From assembly GCA_900088475.1 (NCBI GenBank), contig FLMG01003167.1, positions 1 to 41,569 on the forward strand: DNA of 41,569 bases. The letters run 5' to 3'. Source of the stretch: Hyphochytrium catenoides (taxonomy: Eukaryota; Protista; Hyphochytriomycota). The translations under genes were made by a program, and so were the position numbers. Positions 1 to 13,222 of this stretch are shown here, one piece after another. Each line of letters opens with the position of its first letter. The stretch's first letter is position 1. A model generated the notes under the pieces. It ran no database searches and was not told where the DNA came from. It saw only the letters and a program-made list of their open reading frames with translations.

Positions 1-572
1 CTTCTATCCCAGATACTCAGCAGAAGTGACTCCTGTCCTCTTCCCCCCATTCCCTCCGGTTAAGGGCCAGATGGTTAGACAGATCGCGGCAGAGATTTGG
101 CCCAGTTGGTGGTAGAAGATAGTGCTTGGTCGCTAATATTTATTCTAATCATGTTCCAGCCCGCCCACTATGCAGCGTCACAGGCACGAAAGCTCACTTC
201 CCTGCTCTTCTCTTGGCGGTGAAGCCTCTACGTTTTCAGTGTTCTGAACTTTCTCCTTGCAGCTCCCACTGTCTGCCCTCTCTCTCTCTCTTATGCTGGG
301 CTATCCGTCTCCTTGAGCTTAAGTAAAGAGGAGAGCATTGAGCTCGATCAATAGTATCGAGGGGAATAACCACGGAAGGGCCCGCCATGCTCTGCGCAAC
401 GGCGACCAAGACAATAGGGATCGCGTCTTGCTTAGGGTTGCGTGGTTTTGGGACATGATAGAGAGAACTGCTCGTGCTGCCTGCTTTAATTTTTAGATAA
501 AGCTCAGCCTACTTCCCTGAGGGTGCAGTCCTTTCTCTCGGGTTTGGCATAGGATTTCCATTCGTAACGACG

Positions 573-1343
573 TTAGAAAACTGGTTGGTAGCCATCAGGT
601 TTGCTGACACTTCTATCTGGGATCTTGTCATTACTTTTCAGCGTGCTTATTATGGACATAAGCCAGACCGCCATTGATGCTCCAGAAGCACCACTTATCA
701 TAGTACGTCTTTCTGGGCCGCGGCAGCATAGAGGAGAAAGCAGACTACATTCCTCCCGTTGAAGCACAGACATTATCAGTTCTTTAGGAAGAATTTATAT
801 TTGCCGGATAAGACACAGCTCCTTCCACCTCAGCCTTTGGCCTTCGCAATCCTTGTGACGATCTATCCTATTGGAAGAGTTGACGTCAACTTCCACGGCT
901 TTCGCCCACTGGAATAGGCGGCCAACCCAAGGACCTCAAGGCAGCAAGTTACCATTGGTTCCTGATAAACTCTCGCATCGCGCGGGCACGCCACTCTCCT
1001 CAAGAGAGCGTCGCGCCTCAGGCGGCCATAGCCGCTGTCTCTGCACCTCCGTAGAGAGTGCCGCAAAGCCAGCAGAGAGGAGCACTGTCCGGAGGATGAC
1101 GGGGACGAAGAGCATCAATGCGGCCCCGCGCTGAGGAAGAAGGAGCATGTCTTTTCACTCTCTGACAGCTCATTACATTCTCCGCGGTGTGTTTCTGATA
1201 ATTATCACTCAAAGTTACATAGTGTAAATTATATAGTTGACTCATACCTGCGCCATTGACGGAGGGATGTCAGATATGGTCCTTACTTTACATTGTGAGT
1301 GAATTCTGTTGTAAAGTCTGACAATTTGTTCAACTCGTTCCAT
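573..1343 (-). CDS. Putative 3-exon orphan protein (~160 aa), divergent from the large membrane-protein gene
   Basis: Three minus-strand ORF pieces join in phase: exon 1343-1248 (MERVEQ...SMAQ|GTATGA), exon 1130-953 (CTTCCTCAG acceptor, ends |GTAACT) and exon 781-573 (AAG acceptor, ...GYQPVF*). No recognisable domain, and the last acceptor is weak. Confidence 0.35.
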
Positions 1344-1481
1344 GTCAAGAACCAAGTTTCTGGGTGGGAAGAGTAAGAAGATCCAAGGTAGGAGCAAGGA
1401 GTTGAAGCTTGAGCCTGGCTGCCTGCCTCCTCTCCGGAACAATGTCACCAGCAGCAATCAGCAACAGGCACTGTGCGTCTC

Positions 1482-1528
<47 letters not shown>
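1482..1528. repeat. (CT)n microsatellite in the short intergenic region between divergent genes
   Basis: Directly visible CT dinucleotide run with one interruption. Confidence 0.95.
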
Positions 1529-1736
1529 CGCGTTCCCTGCATTCCCCATTGTCTGTTGTCTCCCTTTCTCACTCTCTAAAGCCAAGAGCGGCTACAACGT
1601 ACTGACGTCAAGCTTCCGAATGCTCTACTACCCGCTGTGAGCGTTTGGGAAAGGATTGCGGAGGACGCCCAGTAGAGTATTAGGACGAAGGAAAGGAAGC
1701 AAGAGCTGGGGAAGACTGCTCGCAGATGCCGGTGCC

Positions 1737-4700
1737 ATGGTCTGTATGGCCAATGCGAGAGGAGTGTTCCCAAGGTCCCGCTGGCTGGTGATTGTGCTAC
1801 TAGTAGTCGGTGCTTCTTGCGTGGCCGCCTCTGTCGCATCGAAGCAGTCTCTCTCCTGCGCTGACTTCCAACAGTATTGTCAAAAGCATGAGGGGCGGCA
1901 AGAGAAAGAGAGCGACAACATTGACGGTCGCGGTTCTGCTCTTTGTCTTCTAGAGGGCAACGTTACAGTCAAGGTCCTGCTTTGTGATCTCTCCACGTAG
2001 CGGTCTCTCCCATCTCAGTTTCGCTTTTTCTCTCTCTCATGCCTTTCACTTTCTCCCACTTGTACGTCCCCTTTAACCATCATGATTCCTCCTCTCTTCT
2101 CTTCTCTTCTTATGTCCTCCTTTGTTCTGTCCTTGTCCCATCTCCTCTCTCTGCTCTCTCGTTTCCTCCTCTTCCTCCTCTCTCTCTCTCTCTTCCTCTC
2201 TCTCACGATATCTCTTGTTCTATCTTGCCTCAGACAGACGATCACTCTTTGACTTTCTCTTACCCGTTTGTCTCTTTCCGTCTGTCTCTTTCTCTTTATC
2301 TCTCTCCCTTTTCTTTCTCTCTCTTTCCTCTTTCCGCCCACTTACTCGTTCTGTTTCATCTCAATCATCCAACACCACCCGCTCGTTGAACTCCAAAGTG
2401 CGATGCTTCGTCCGCTTTCCCTGGCCTCTCTGTCTGCCAGCTCAGAAGCTCTCAGGCAGTGGTAGTTGGAGAAGACGCTAACATTATTGCGGACGCTCCA
2501 GAAGGGGTCGAAGGCTGTGAGCTGCTTATTGAGAGTGAAGGAGACATCCGGTTGCAGGAAGGCGCAGGGATAAAAGTAAATCTTAGACGAAGAATCATTG
2601 GTTAGCTAGTGCAGTTCTCCTTCTCTTGCGCTTTTTGCCTCGCGTTTTGGCCTCTCTTTTTGGTTTTCTCGTTCCTTTTTACTTAGAGGCAAAGGAAAGA
2701 GGGTCTTTTCGCAAGGGGCTGCTCTATCTGCTCGCATCCTGTTGCATTGCGCTCACTCTGTTTGCTGTTGAACAGGCGAGCTCAATAGACCTTAAGGGAG
2801 CGAATATTCTGCTTTCCTCTTTCTCGCTCGTTTCTTCCGACGGACTCGGACCCCTGGAGGGGAAGAGACCTGGCGGGAACTGCAAAGGAGGAAGCTACGT
2901 AGGCACAGGAGGGAGATGCTCTCCTCCCTCGCACCTCTCTTTGTCACCCTCCCTTTCTCACAAAGAGCTGGATACTATCTTCCCTCTTCCGAAGAGAAAC
3001 TTCACTGTCTTTTCCCATAAAAAGCAAGCGGCCAAGCCTTGGACTGTGGAAGAGGACTGGGAGAACGGAGAAGGATTAGGCAGCGGCACTGGGACCAGTA
3101 AGTCTTTCGCCTTTTACCCTGCTTCGCTCTGTATTTGCTCTCGACATTGGCGTTCTCCTTGCCCTCCCATCGTCTCTTCTGTCTCTTCCCGCGCCTTCTT
3201 TGAGGGCAGGTCGAGCTCTAGCTTAACGTGTAGCTCTTTCATCCACTTACCTTCCTAAACACCGTCCCTTGCTTTCTGGCGTTCTCGTGGTGCCAGAAGG
3301 AAGAGCCGATGGCAATCGAGGAGGGGGCAGGGTTAGACTTCAAGCTTCAAGAGAGATTCGCGTGGCTGACGGAGCATATGTCGGCGCACAGGGACAGAGA
3401 GCCAGCCCAGGGAGTGGAGCAGGATCAGGAGGGACGATTATCCTGTCGGCTCCTCTCTTAGAAGGTGCTATTTCGGCCACGTCCCTCTATCTACCTTCAG
3501 CAGAACTTCTAAGATTATTGATTGTTCTACACATCTCTCCTTCTCTTCTTCTGTCTTTCTCTCCTTTCTGTGAAGGTGCTGCTTTAGCCCTGTCCCTCTA
3601 TCTACCTTCAGCATAAAATGCTCAGATTATGTCGATTTTTTCGAGACAACTCTCCTTATCTTCTTCTGTCTCTCTCGCATCCTGCCCCCGCCAACCCTTT
3701 GTTGTTCTTACCCCTTCTCGACTCGCAGTGAACGGTACTTTGAGTGTGAGAGGCGGAGAGGTGTTCTGCAGTGACGATGGTAGGCAAGCCCTATCCTCTT
3801 TGCAAGTCTTCTACTCTTCTCCCTTACCCTACAATGGATGTTTTTCTGACAGCCTTGTCCCTGTTGAGCTGGGTCGGTCTTAAGGGTCCTTTTCTGTTGC
3901 TTACATTAATTGTTCTCGCCGAGTTGTACGGCTTCTCTCTTGCTGGCCATCCTGTCTCCCATCTCTCGCTTGAAGCACTATTTGCTGTGTCCATCGTGCT
4001 ACCGTCTTAGCTCTCGCTTGGTGGCTATCTCCAGAGCCTCGGGCTTCCTTTTAAGACTTTAACATTTACCCAATGTACCAGGTGCACTGTCTTGCCGACC
4101 TGGAGGAGGAGGAGGGGCGATGCTGCTCCGATCAGGGCGGGCCCTGGGCAAGGGAGCAGATCTTCATGCTTCTAACATCCTTTTGGATGGTGGGACAACT
4201 GGTTCTGAACTTCTTGCTACTGACCAGAGTGGTGGAAGTGCGGTGGAGATTAATGTCCCACCTCACCTCTTGGGTGCCCCAGGCGTCCTGGTGAGTCGTT
4301 TGCCAAGCGTCACCCCTTCTTTTCTATCTTTATGCTTACCTCCTCTTGAGTTACCTGTTCTCTCGTTGATCATCAGGTCTATATCTAGCCGCTACTGACT
4401 ATTACCTGTTGTGCCTATTTCGATTGGACAGCTGCTTTACCACGGGCCTTCCCTTGACATTACGGTAGGAAGGTCCGGCGCCTCTATCGAAGGTCCCGCC
4501 AGGCCTGCAACTGTCCTGGACCTGACTGCATTTTCGACAACCGGAGAAGGGCGTCTCAGACACTTTGTGGCAACATCTGCAGAAGTTGTAGTGAGTCTGC
4601 CATGTAGTCTCATATACATTTCCTTATGTCAATTTCTTTCTGTTGTCCTCAGTCTACTTCATCGTGGCGTCAGCTCATCAAAACGTTTGCAGTCGCCGTC

Positions 4701-7700
4701 TTTGGGGTTTAGTAGCGCTGGATCGGTGGCACTCCAAGACTCTGTGCTGGTGCTAACGTCGGGCGGGGTATTGAAGGCCGACTCTTGTTTCGTCGACGTA
4801 AGCCCCAGCTTGCCCCGCACTTCTTTCTCTCCTGACACGATTTCCCCCTTTTTAGCAAGAGAAGTTGAGCGCCGCGTTTCCCGTTAACCATCTCAGACTC
4901 TCTTGTCCCTTCTGCGAAAGGCCGACTGTTCTCGTCTTCTTATTGGAGTTGGATTTTTGTCTTCTTTGCCTTGTTCCGACCGAACCTGTTCCGTGTCCTA
5001 AAGCAAACGTTGCGATGCCTTCAGGGAAACAGCAGCATCCTGTTGACGTCGGACGGCAAGTTTGAGCTCTACTCCTCCTTTTCTCTTGACAAAAACGCGG
5101 AGGTATGATTGATGACTAGCTGACTTCCCTCTTCTTAGTGTCTGGCCCAACACTCTAGCTTTTGCCACAAGCCCAAGAAAACTCTAAATAAGGTCTCAAA
5201 ACGTATAATCTTCCTTTCTCCCCTTTGTCATGTTCGCGCCACCGTGGTCTGATGTTTGGCCAGCTGACGCTCGCAGCCCCAAAACTGTCAGGAGAACGTC
5301 TTCTCAGTGTCAGTTCTCCTCAAATAAGCATAGAAGGAGCAGGTAACTTCATCTGTGAGGGCACTAAATGCCTTACTAACTTGGAGATACCAGTCTCTGC
5401 CCCTCTCCTCATCCTGGAAGCAGACAAGAGTTTACATATAAACAATTCTGTGGTTAGTACTGCAGAAAGGTGCGCCTTCTTTCTCTTCACATTCTCTTCT
5501 CTCGTCAGTGTTGGCGGTATTATTCTGCTTGTTTCTTAATTTCCTAATATTAAGTGCAACTCCATAGGTGCTTGGAGTCCGTGGCACGGTCCGATGGCGC
5601 TTGCCATCACAACTTGACAAGCGGAGACTGGAAGGGAAGGTACATCTTGCCACCTCTCTGTCCGTTACGGGTCTGCTATCCATTGCACCAACATTCCGTC
5701 TTATCCCCTTCACTTGGCTCTTAGCATGAGATCCACTCACGCTCACGCTCATTCCTTTGCATGCCTCTCAGATCCAATGCAACTTTATGGGTCAAATCTC
5801 CAAATATCACTTTGGGGGCAGTGGCGAACGTCGAAGGAGCTATTGTTGCGATCTGTGCGAAAGAGCAAACTGAGCTTCTTCCTTCTTCTGTCGTCTCGTC
5901 TTCGGGAAAGGGATGTAAGCAGAACCATGGCCTAGGGAGAGCGCAGCTTATTGCTGCTGGAGTGAAGAATGATACCGCCATTTCGTCAGTTGCACCGTCT
6001 TATCTTCAGCTCGTAAAGTCCTGGCATCCGTTTAAAAGCTCCCTTTCTGCTCCCGAAATTGTGCCCGTCGGTGGTGGTGGAGGATACGGAGGAAAAGGAG
6101 GAAGAGCTAGCTATGAGCCAGGTGGAGAGGGAGACGTTTACGGGGAAAGAGATCTGCCTCTAGCTTATCTTGGAAGTGGTGGCGGATGCCTTGATGGTTC
6201 TCCCGAATCCCGCGGAGGAGGTATTGTTGCCATAGACTCCCCAATAATCGTTTTGGATGGAACTATCACTTCCGACGGTATGAGCGGGCAAAATGGGTAC
6301 GTGGGTGCTACGCTTTTGCGTTTTTCGGTCATCTGACCATCGCCACCTCTGATTGTTGGCTCATTCTCTAATGCGTTGATACGAATGCTGTCTAAAACAC
6401 GTAGGTGCGGAGGAGGATCAGGAGGGTCTGTCATGATTCTGGCCATGAAGAAGCTCTCGGGTGGAGGACGAATTTCTGCCTCGGGAGGCCAAGGCTCCAC
6501 TGGTATGCCAGGCAGGATGAGTTCTCTTCAGTGGCTGTCCTCTCTTAGGCTTACATTGCAGTCTTGCGATTAGATCAAGTTGATCCTCTTTAAGTGACAC
6601 TTTCTCCCTCTTCCCAAACTCTCTTCGAATGGATACAGGGCGAATGACTGCGGTAGGAGGGGGAGGAGGAGGCGGGCGAATCCTTCTGGGGGTCGGCGGG
6701 AGCCTTGCCTCTCTTCTCGCTTCTTCTGCGTCATACCTCCCCTCTCCTGCGGCATCTTTTTCTGGTGTATACGAGACCTTTGGAGGCGCTCTTCCTCTCT
6801 CTGTTGTTGTGACGAAGGCTGAGCCTGGACGGAATGGCACTGTTTATGGCTTCGATTGTCCTCCAGGGAGTGGTGGTCCCTTTTGCAAGGACTGTCCGGT
6901 GGGAACGTATAAGTCGGTCTATGGGTCAAAGGAGTGCATCCCTTGTACAGGGGCTCCGCGGCACTCCTTATACTCTGCTCAGGGGTGGGCCAGTAGTGAC
7001 TGCCCCTATACCTGCAATGAGGTAGATAGACTTCCTCTCACTGTACTCAACAGCCTCCGCTTTTCCATTTCTCGCACCTCTTTCTTTTAGCTTTAATCTG
7101 CTTGGCACGATTCAATTGCGACAGGCCACCGTCTGCTCCTGCACCAAAGCCATTCCATCCTCATTACGATTGTGGAATCATACCTGCGCCTCCGGGGTGT
7201 AGCCATTTGTATTGACAAGAAACTTGCGTTTGCTCTTTTACCGTAGGGATTCACGGGCACACTCTGTCTCACTCCTTTTTCGGAGCTAATGCGGCACTTT
7301 GGAGGCGTACTGGGCTTCGCTGGCGGAAGTATCCTAGCCGTATTTCTCATTTTAATTATCCTTGGTGCATGCGGCAGAAGAGCAGGTTAGGTGCTCAGGA
7401 CATCTTTGGCGTCTCCTCAGCACTGGCTGCCACTAAACACGCTATCCTATTGGCTGCTGACCGCGACTGACGAAACCATTACCTTTAGATGGGCAGCGGC
7501 TTCGTGTTGCTGTGGACGAGCGAGAAAGTCTCCTTATGAAAATCAGTGAGCCTCCATGGTAAGCAACTGCTGGTTACTGTCGCTGAAGAAACAAGGCCTT
7601 TCTTCTTTTGCGGCGACTCTTGCTTTATCCAGCACTTCCAGCGTCTTGTACACTAATGGCGATAAGGGATGACAGCTCTCCCACTTTGCCCTTTGACCGC

Positions 7701-10700
7701 ATCTTGCCACAGCCAGGACTCACTGCCTCCTTTCCCCTCTCTTTCTTAGGTACTCTACTATCTGTAACTTTTACTGGTTACCTAAGGTGCCTTATCCGAG
7801 ACTCACAGAGAGAGACCTTGAGAACCATCTCTACCGGCTTTATTTGTACGTAACTTCCTCATCCCCTTCCGCTCTTTACTGCCTCCTGTCACCAGTAGTA
7901 GTGAGCATTCTTCCTGCCTCTGTTTCTCTATCTGACCTTACCCAGAAGCCCGTGCTAGATATGCCATGGCTTTCGGTTGCGGATCGTTCCATAGTGTTCG
8001 TGTTCCAACTCTTCCGCCATATGGTCTCCTATTCCTCTACACGGTGGTTTTAGTTTTCCTTTCCTGTGATCTTCAGTTCTGGCGAAAACTCCCCTCATAA
8101 ACCATGGAGGCTGAGGCTACGGGTCCTCCCTGAGGTAGATTAAGCTTACTGGCCCTTGAGGCTGCTCTTTCTCTTCTTCTTCACTGATCAGTCTCCATCC
8201 CTTCTTCTTTTCCCATCATCGTTGCCAACAGTGTAACTCTTCTCCTCCATTTCTCCCTTTTACTTCCCTTCCGATGTTCAGCTCCCTCTCTCATGATCTA
8301 TGTCAGATTTGTAGCGAATCACTCCGAACGTTTCTTATGATCAATTTGGTTGCCTCTTTCAGATGGCCGAGTTTGTCTACGAGAGAGAGTTCCTGGAATT
8401 CGCACAGGAAGTAAATAGGCTTTGTGACTGGACGGGCTCTTATACCACCGTCAAAAGTAAGCCATTCAAAGTCGAGTGGGTGACGTAGAACGGGAATCTC
8501 AGACGTAGAGACTTGCTGGAAGTACATACAGGGTTGTGGAGCGACGGCAGGTCAAGTCGAGTGCAGACTCGACTGTAAGACTGTTAAGCCTTTCTGATGC
8601 TGATATTCGGGAGTGGTTATTCCTTATTCTCACCGGCTAACGAGTACTCTGCCGCCATCTCTCCCTCATACTACTATCCCTGTCCCTGTACGGGCCTGGC
8701 ACAGGCTTAGTACATTCTTTGACGGAGATCTTCTGCTACCCACTCAGCTTAGACTTGATCAAGTTTAGGAGGAAACTACGCGTGAACAGGCTGAAACGCT
8801 TTCTGGAGCAGTATGACTGTAGATTTCTACGAGGGGCAAGGGCACAAGCGCTGGCCAATTCTCGTAAGAAAGAAGCTTATAGTTGGCTGGTCTTTCTTTT
8901 GTGTCGTTCCTCCTTCTAATCTTGTTGCTCGTGGTGCCAGGGCACCCATCTGTCAGGTGGCTTGTGCAGCTCCTTCTTCATCAGTGCTTAGCTGCTTACG
9001 GGTGATTTTTTTGTGCAGTTCAGTTTGAGCAAGCTTGAGCGCTATCTTCCTATTCTCGCCTAGTCCTTCGCTAAGATTGAACTTAAGGACGAGATAGAGC
9101 CATTTTGTTACTCACCATTTTCACTTGTTTTGTTCATGTTAGTCCGCCTGGGCTTCAGCCAAGACCTGTCATTGGCGTACATTGACGTACTGGGGGACTT
9201 CTATGGGGTCAGCCCTTCCCATAGCTGCTTGAAAGGTGATGCGGGAGGGGAGCACCCCCACCCAAATCTTCCTCTTGTTCTACTTATCGCTGGAAGAGGG
9301 ACCTACTCCTCTCCATACTACCTCGATCCCAATGATCTGCTGGTCCGGGCAGTGCCACAGGTACGTGGGAGCAAACCGTCTGGGATAGGGCTGCAGAGAA
9401 GAAGGAGAGAGATTAGTTGCCCAGTGGTAGAGTATGGGTTAGCCTATGCTCTTCTTCACTATTGTTCGCTCTTGGCTAATATCTCTGCTATAGTGTTCTC
9501 AATTGACGCACTTCATCGATGAGATCTGGATCGACTTTGTCGCCGAGCTAAATTCTCTGCTTCGCCTGGTGAACCATCGCGAACTAGACTCAGGCTTGCT
9601 CGACGCCATTGCCTTGATCAGTAATACCAACAAGAGTAATATGCTAGGGGGCCTGGAGGTAGGGCCATTGACTGTAGAAGAGGACCTGGATGGCAACGGA
9701 AGAAGTAAAGATAGTAGCTCGTAACCTAATGGCCCAGGTAGCCGGATAGTAACGGGTTAAAAGAGAGAGAGGAATTCTTTTACAAGGAAAGACCGCTTGA
9801 CGGAGAAGACTGATTAGCCCCGGGAATCGCCCTTCGTTTGTCTCTTTTCTTCGTGTTTAGACTTTCCCCTTGGGGAGCTAACCCTCTCCATGCTTTTCTT
9901 TCTCTCTCTCTTCCCTGTTACACTTGGCTGCGGCTTCTCGCTCTCATAACTCTCGTCGGGATTTCTCGGCGTCGACCGGTCTCCTCTCCCGTTCCCTACC
10001 ACGGAAGATCCATTTGGGCAAGTTTTGGCCGAATCTGGACTATGAGATCAGCTCCTTACCGTACGAAGAGAAACTGCACAGGACTGAGGCACGAGGCCAG
10101 CTCGGGCTTCTCCTTACCTTTAAGGTTAGCCTACCGCAAATCCTTCTCTGTTAGCTAATGATGGCCTCCTTTTTCTTTATTGTCCCCTCATTCACTCCCG
10201 GCCAGTAGCCCCTTTTTTTGAACGTATCTCCGTCGAGCTCTATTCACCTTACCGGGTTCATTACATATGTAGAGACCTCATTGGCAGCTCAAATTGTAGA
10301 TCATACTCACTGTATCTTCTGACTGCATGACCCTTAGGATGCGTCCATGAGTCGTCGAAGAGGTAGCACTTACGGTGGCAGAACAGATTCGAAGGCTCTG
10401 GACAGGGTGCATTACGAAGAGGACGACCATTTAGGTTAGCGTTTTGCCTGCTTTAGCCCGTTTATTAAATTTATTCTCACTCTAGCTTTCCGTGGCCGAC
10501 AATGCTATACTCTCCACCATGTCTTCTCTGTGCCTGAGCTAGTAAGAGACTTAGATTCGGACCCTTTTCAAGTACTCCTTCTGTCTCTCCTCCCAGATTC
10601 AGCCTCCAAGCTCATTTTTCTAGCCATCTATCCTGTGGCCTTGTTATGTTTCTTTTCCTCCGCTGTAGTGCTGACTAACAGAACCATCTGCGCTGCACAC

Positions 10701-13222
10701 TTTAGATTACCTCTCAAGCTATCCCTATCGGGACAGGACGGGGTCTGTCAACTCTGATGCTCGTAAGAGGCAAAATTCTCTGTTCCTGCATCCTTCTAGA
10801 CTCCCCTCTCTCCGCCTGTTGACTTGTTAAGCTGTCTGTTCCATGAGTGCCTCAATTCCGTTATCTGGAAATGGTTTCTTTTATGGTCTAACTGATTCGT
10901 CTACTCGTGTCTCTCACTTGATCTGCAACCGGCTACCGCAATACCGCAAATGCGCGACGTCCCTGCTTGCCTCAATCTCTCTTCCCTTGTCGGTGTTATC
11001 CGACTTATAGCCGATGGAGGAGGGTTGACAGAGACGTTTAGAGCATCTACTGTGGATCCTCTCTCGGTAATTCATTTAGGATCCGAGATCCCATGGTCAC
11101 GGTTCTTGGAAGAGCCTCAAACGGCAGAGGAGCGAGGGTATGAACTCTCAACCACATTGCCCACGGTCTAGCTGCCTGGGAAAGATTCTACTTTGATCTG
11201 CCGTCGTCTGGTTTCTTCTTTTATGTCGTCCTCCGTTGAAAGCAAAGCTATTATAGCTCTAACTCTTATCCGTTCCACTCTCTGCTGATGCCATGAAGAC
11301 TCCATGTTATTAACAATCTTTCTCCCCGTCGCAGCTCTGCCATTAGAGAAGAAGCGCTCAGGAACCGCGCTTCCACTTCTGCGTCCCTCCCTCCATCCCT
11401 TGACTTCGCATCTTCTTTGCTGCTGAAAGGGGCAGCAGCTGTGCCTGACTCGAATCTTCCATTGGACTTCGGATTGCCAGTTCCTGGAGTGCTCCTAACG
11501 CCGACAACTGTGAAGCTGAAGACCCCGAAAAAAGCTGATGGGACGTTCTCCAGCTACCTACAGCTTCTAGTAAGTAGCAATGATTCTGCTGAGCGACAGC
11601 ATTGGAATTTCATCCGTATTGTCCCTACAAATGCAAAGTACTTTATAGAGTGACTTCTCAGTTGTCCTCTCTCAAATTCCTAATGGTTGGCTTCGTCGCT
11701 GCGAGAGAGTTCTAACCCTTATGCTGCTCCAGTGGACTGTCCACCTGCGGAAGGTAGTAACTGGCATTTTAGCGCTACGAAATGTACCACGAAGCCGGGT
11801 ACTTAAGGGCGAGGGAGCTGCATATACTCTTCTTCTGTCCCTCATTATCTTAGACTGTAGTATGACCTTCCTCCTGTTGATCCAACTGCAATGCGTAAGG
11901 GACGGGGTCACCATCAGCCAGTGCAGGTAAGAGACTCATTCCGTTTACTCTACTTCCTTGTGATCGCCCCTTACCCTTAAAAATGGCAATCCCGGCGACT
12001 GCCCAGTTACCACCGTTTATGTCCATTCTACTCCATTGTTGTGCCCTTTTCTCCATCGATATCCTTGGCGTGTTACCCCGTTCGGGTCGTCGCCATTGCT
12101 TTTTAAATGATTTAGGGTGATTTCTTTGTGGACTTGAAGCTTCGCTAAACAGATACTCCCATCGCACTCTTTCACCACAGTACGGCAACTATCGGGGCTG
12201 TTTCGCTAGTATATCCGGTAAGAAGGGGGAGATGTGATAGGACTTGGAGATAGGAAGAGTTCGAAGGATTTAGTTCAATAGCTTTATTTTGTCTATTGTG
12301 AGGCTTGTTCGGCCTTTCCAATCCCTTCGAGGCATCCTTGTGTCTTTTGCTCAACCATCTTCATCCTTTAGTTTGCAATATTTGTTGCTCCGGTCACGGG
12401 CATAATAGGGCTAGCAATTTCCAAACCTTGGGCCCTCAAGAAGGTAAGCTCTGGCGGCGTTGTATCAGAAGGGATGAAGTGAGCGACAGCCACCCCACTT
12501 AAACCTGGCAAAGATAGGCAGAAAGTCCACTGAGTAGCTTGTAATGGGTCTTACTTGGATGCAGTACGCAATATGGAACAGCTTATCCAAGATCAATGCT
12601 CTGGTTGCGGTGCTGGCAGGAATGACATTTAGGCGATACCTCTCGGTATGATGCTCTCGTTGCCTCTCCAACGCTCTCAGTGCCATGTTGGCGTTTGTCT
12701 ATAGCTACAGCGGATACTTTCGAAGCCTCCTCTTCGTGCTTGTACCAACGCTTGCCTGGCAACCATCTATCCCTCTGGGTCATCATCGGCCTTGATGCCG
12801 ACTGTGTCCATCTTGCTTAACGAAGATCACACTAAGCAACCGCTTGCCTTTTTTAATCGGCCTCATCTCAGGCCCCGCTTTATAGTGGATGGTTCCCAAT
12901 CGTGCCATGGCTCTTCTTGTTATTGAAGGTAAACCAAAGTCCCATCCTCGTGGAACTTCGAACTTGTAGGATGCCAGCCGTCGATCCATACTCCATCCAC
13001 AAACTACTGCGCCTAGGAATTAACCACAATCTCTGTACTCTGCCTTGTTACCCCTCCGTGAATCTCTTCTAGTTTTTGGAGGCCCATATTTTAAATCTCT
13101 TCATCGCCATCCTGGAGACACAACGGAAGAGAGTTGGTTGGCGCGGGCTAACGGCCGCCCTCATCTCTCCGACAACGTCACCTATAGGAAGTCCTGGCAG
13201 AAGGTCTACAACCTTCACATAA
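1737..13222 (+). CDS. Large multi-exon glycine-rich, Cys-rich (TNFR/ephrin-receptor-like) membrane protein resembling the Arabidopsis At5g11700/At4g32920-type family
   Basis: About 30 exons traced through in-phase GT-AG junctions (one or two exons near 12.1-12.7 kb unresolved). Hydrophobic signal peptide (WLVIVLLVVGASCVAA). Repeated Gly motifs (GSGAGSGGTIIL, GGGGGYGGKGG, GSGGG, GGGSGGSVMI, GGGGGGGRI). Cys module CPPGSGGPFCKDCPVGTYK...CIPC...CPYTC at ~6855-7020 and a TM helix at ~7300-7370. Conserved-looking blocks HLYRLYFSGENSPHKPWRL, GFSQDLSLAYID, LPLVLLIAGRGTYSSPYYLDPNDLL and WIDFVAELNSLLRLV. C-terminal TM cluster ending WFPIVPWLFLLLK|FLEAHILNLFIAILETQ, last exon 13073-13222 (TAA). Family assignment is from remembered motifs, not a search. 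Confidence 0.8.

Noticed and set aside
2015-2481. Several overlapping 65-120 aa ORFs on both strands
   Set aside because: They are translations of the CT-rich first intron of the large gene (S/L/F-rich or R/E/K-rich) and carry no independent coding signal.
8555-8574. Perfect 8-bp hairpin AGTCGAGT-GCAG-ACTCGACT in an intron
   Set aside because: A stem this short is expected by chance in 41 kb, and there is no TSD or second copy suggesting a MITE.
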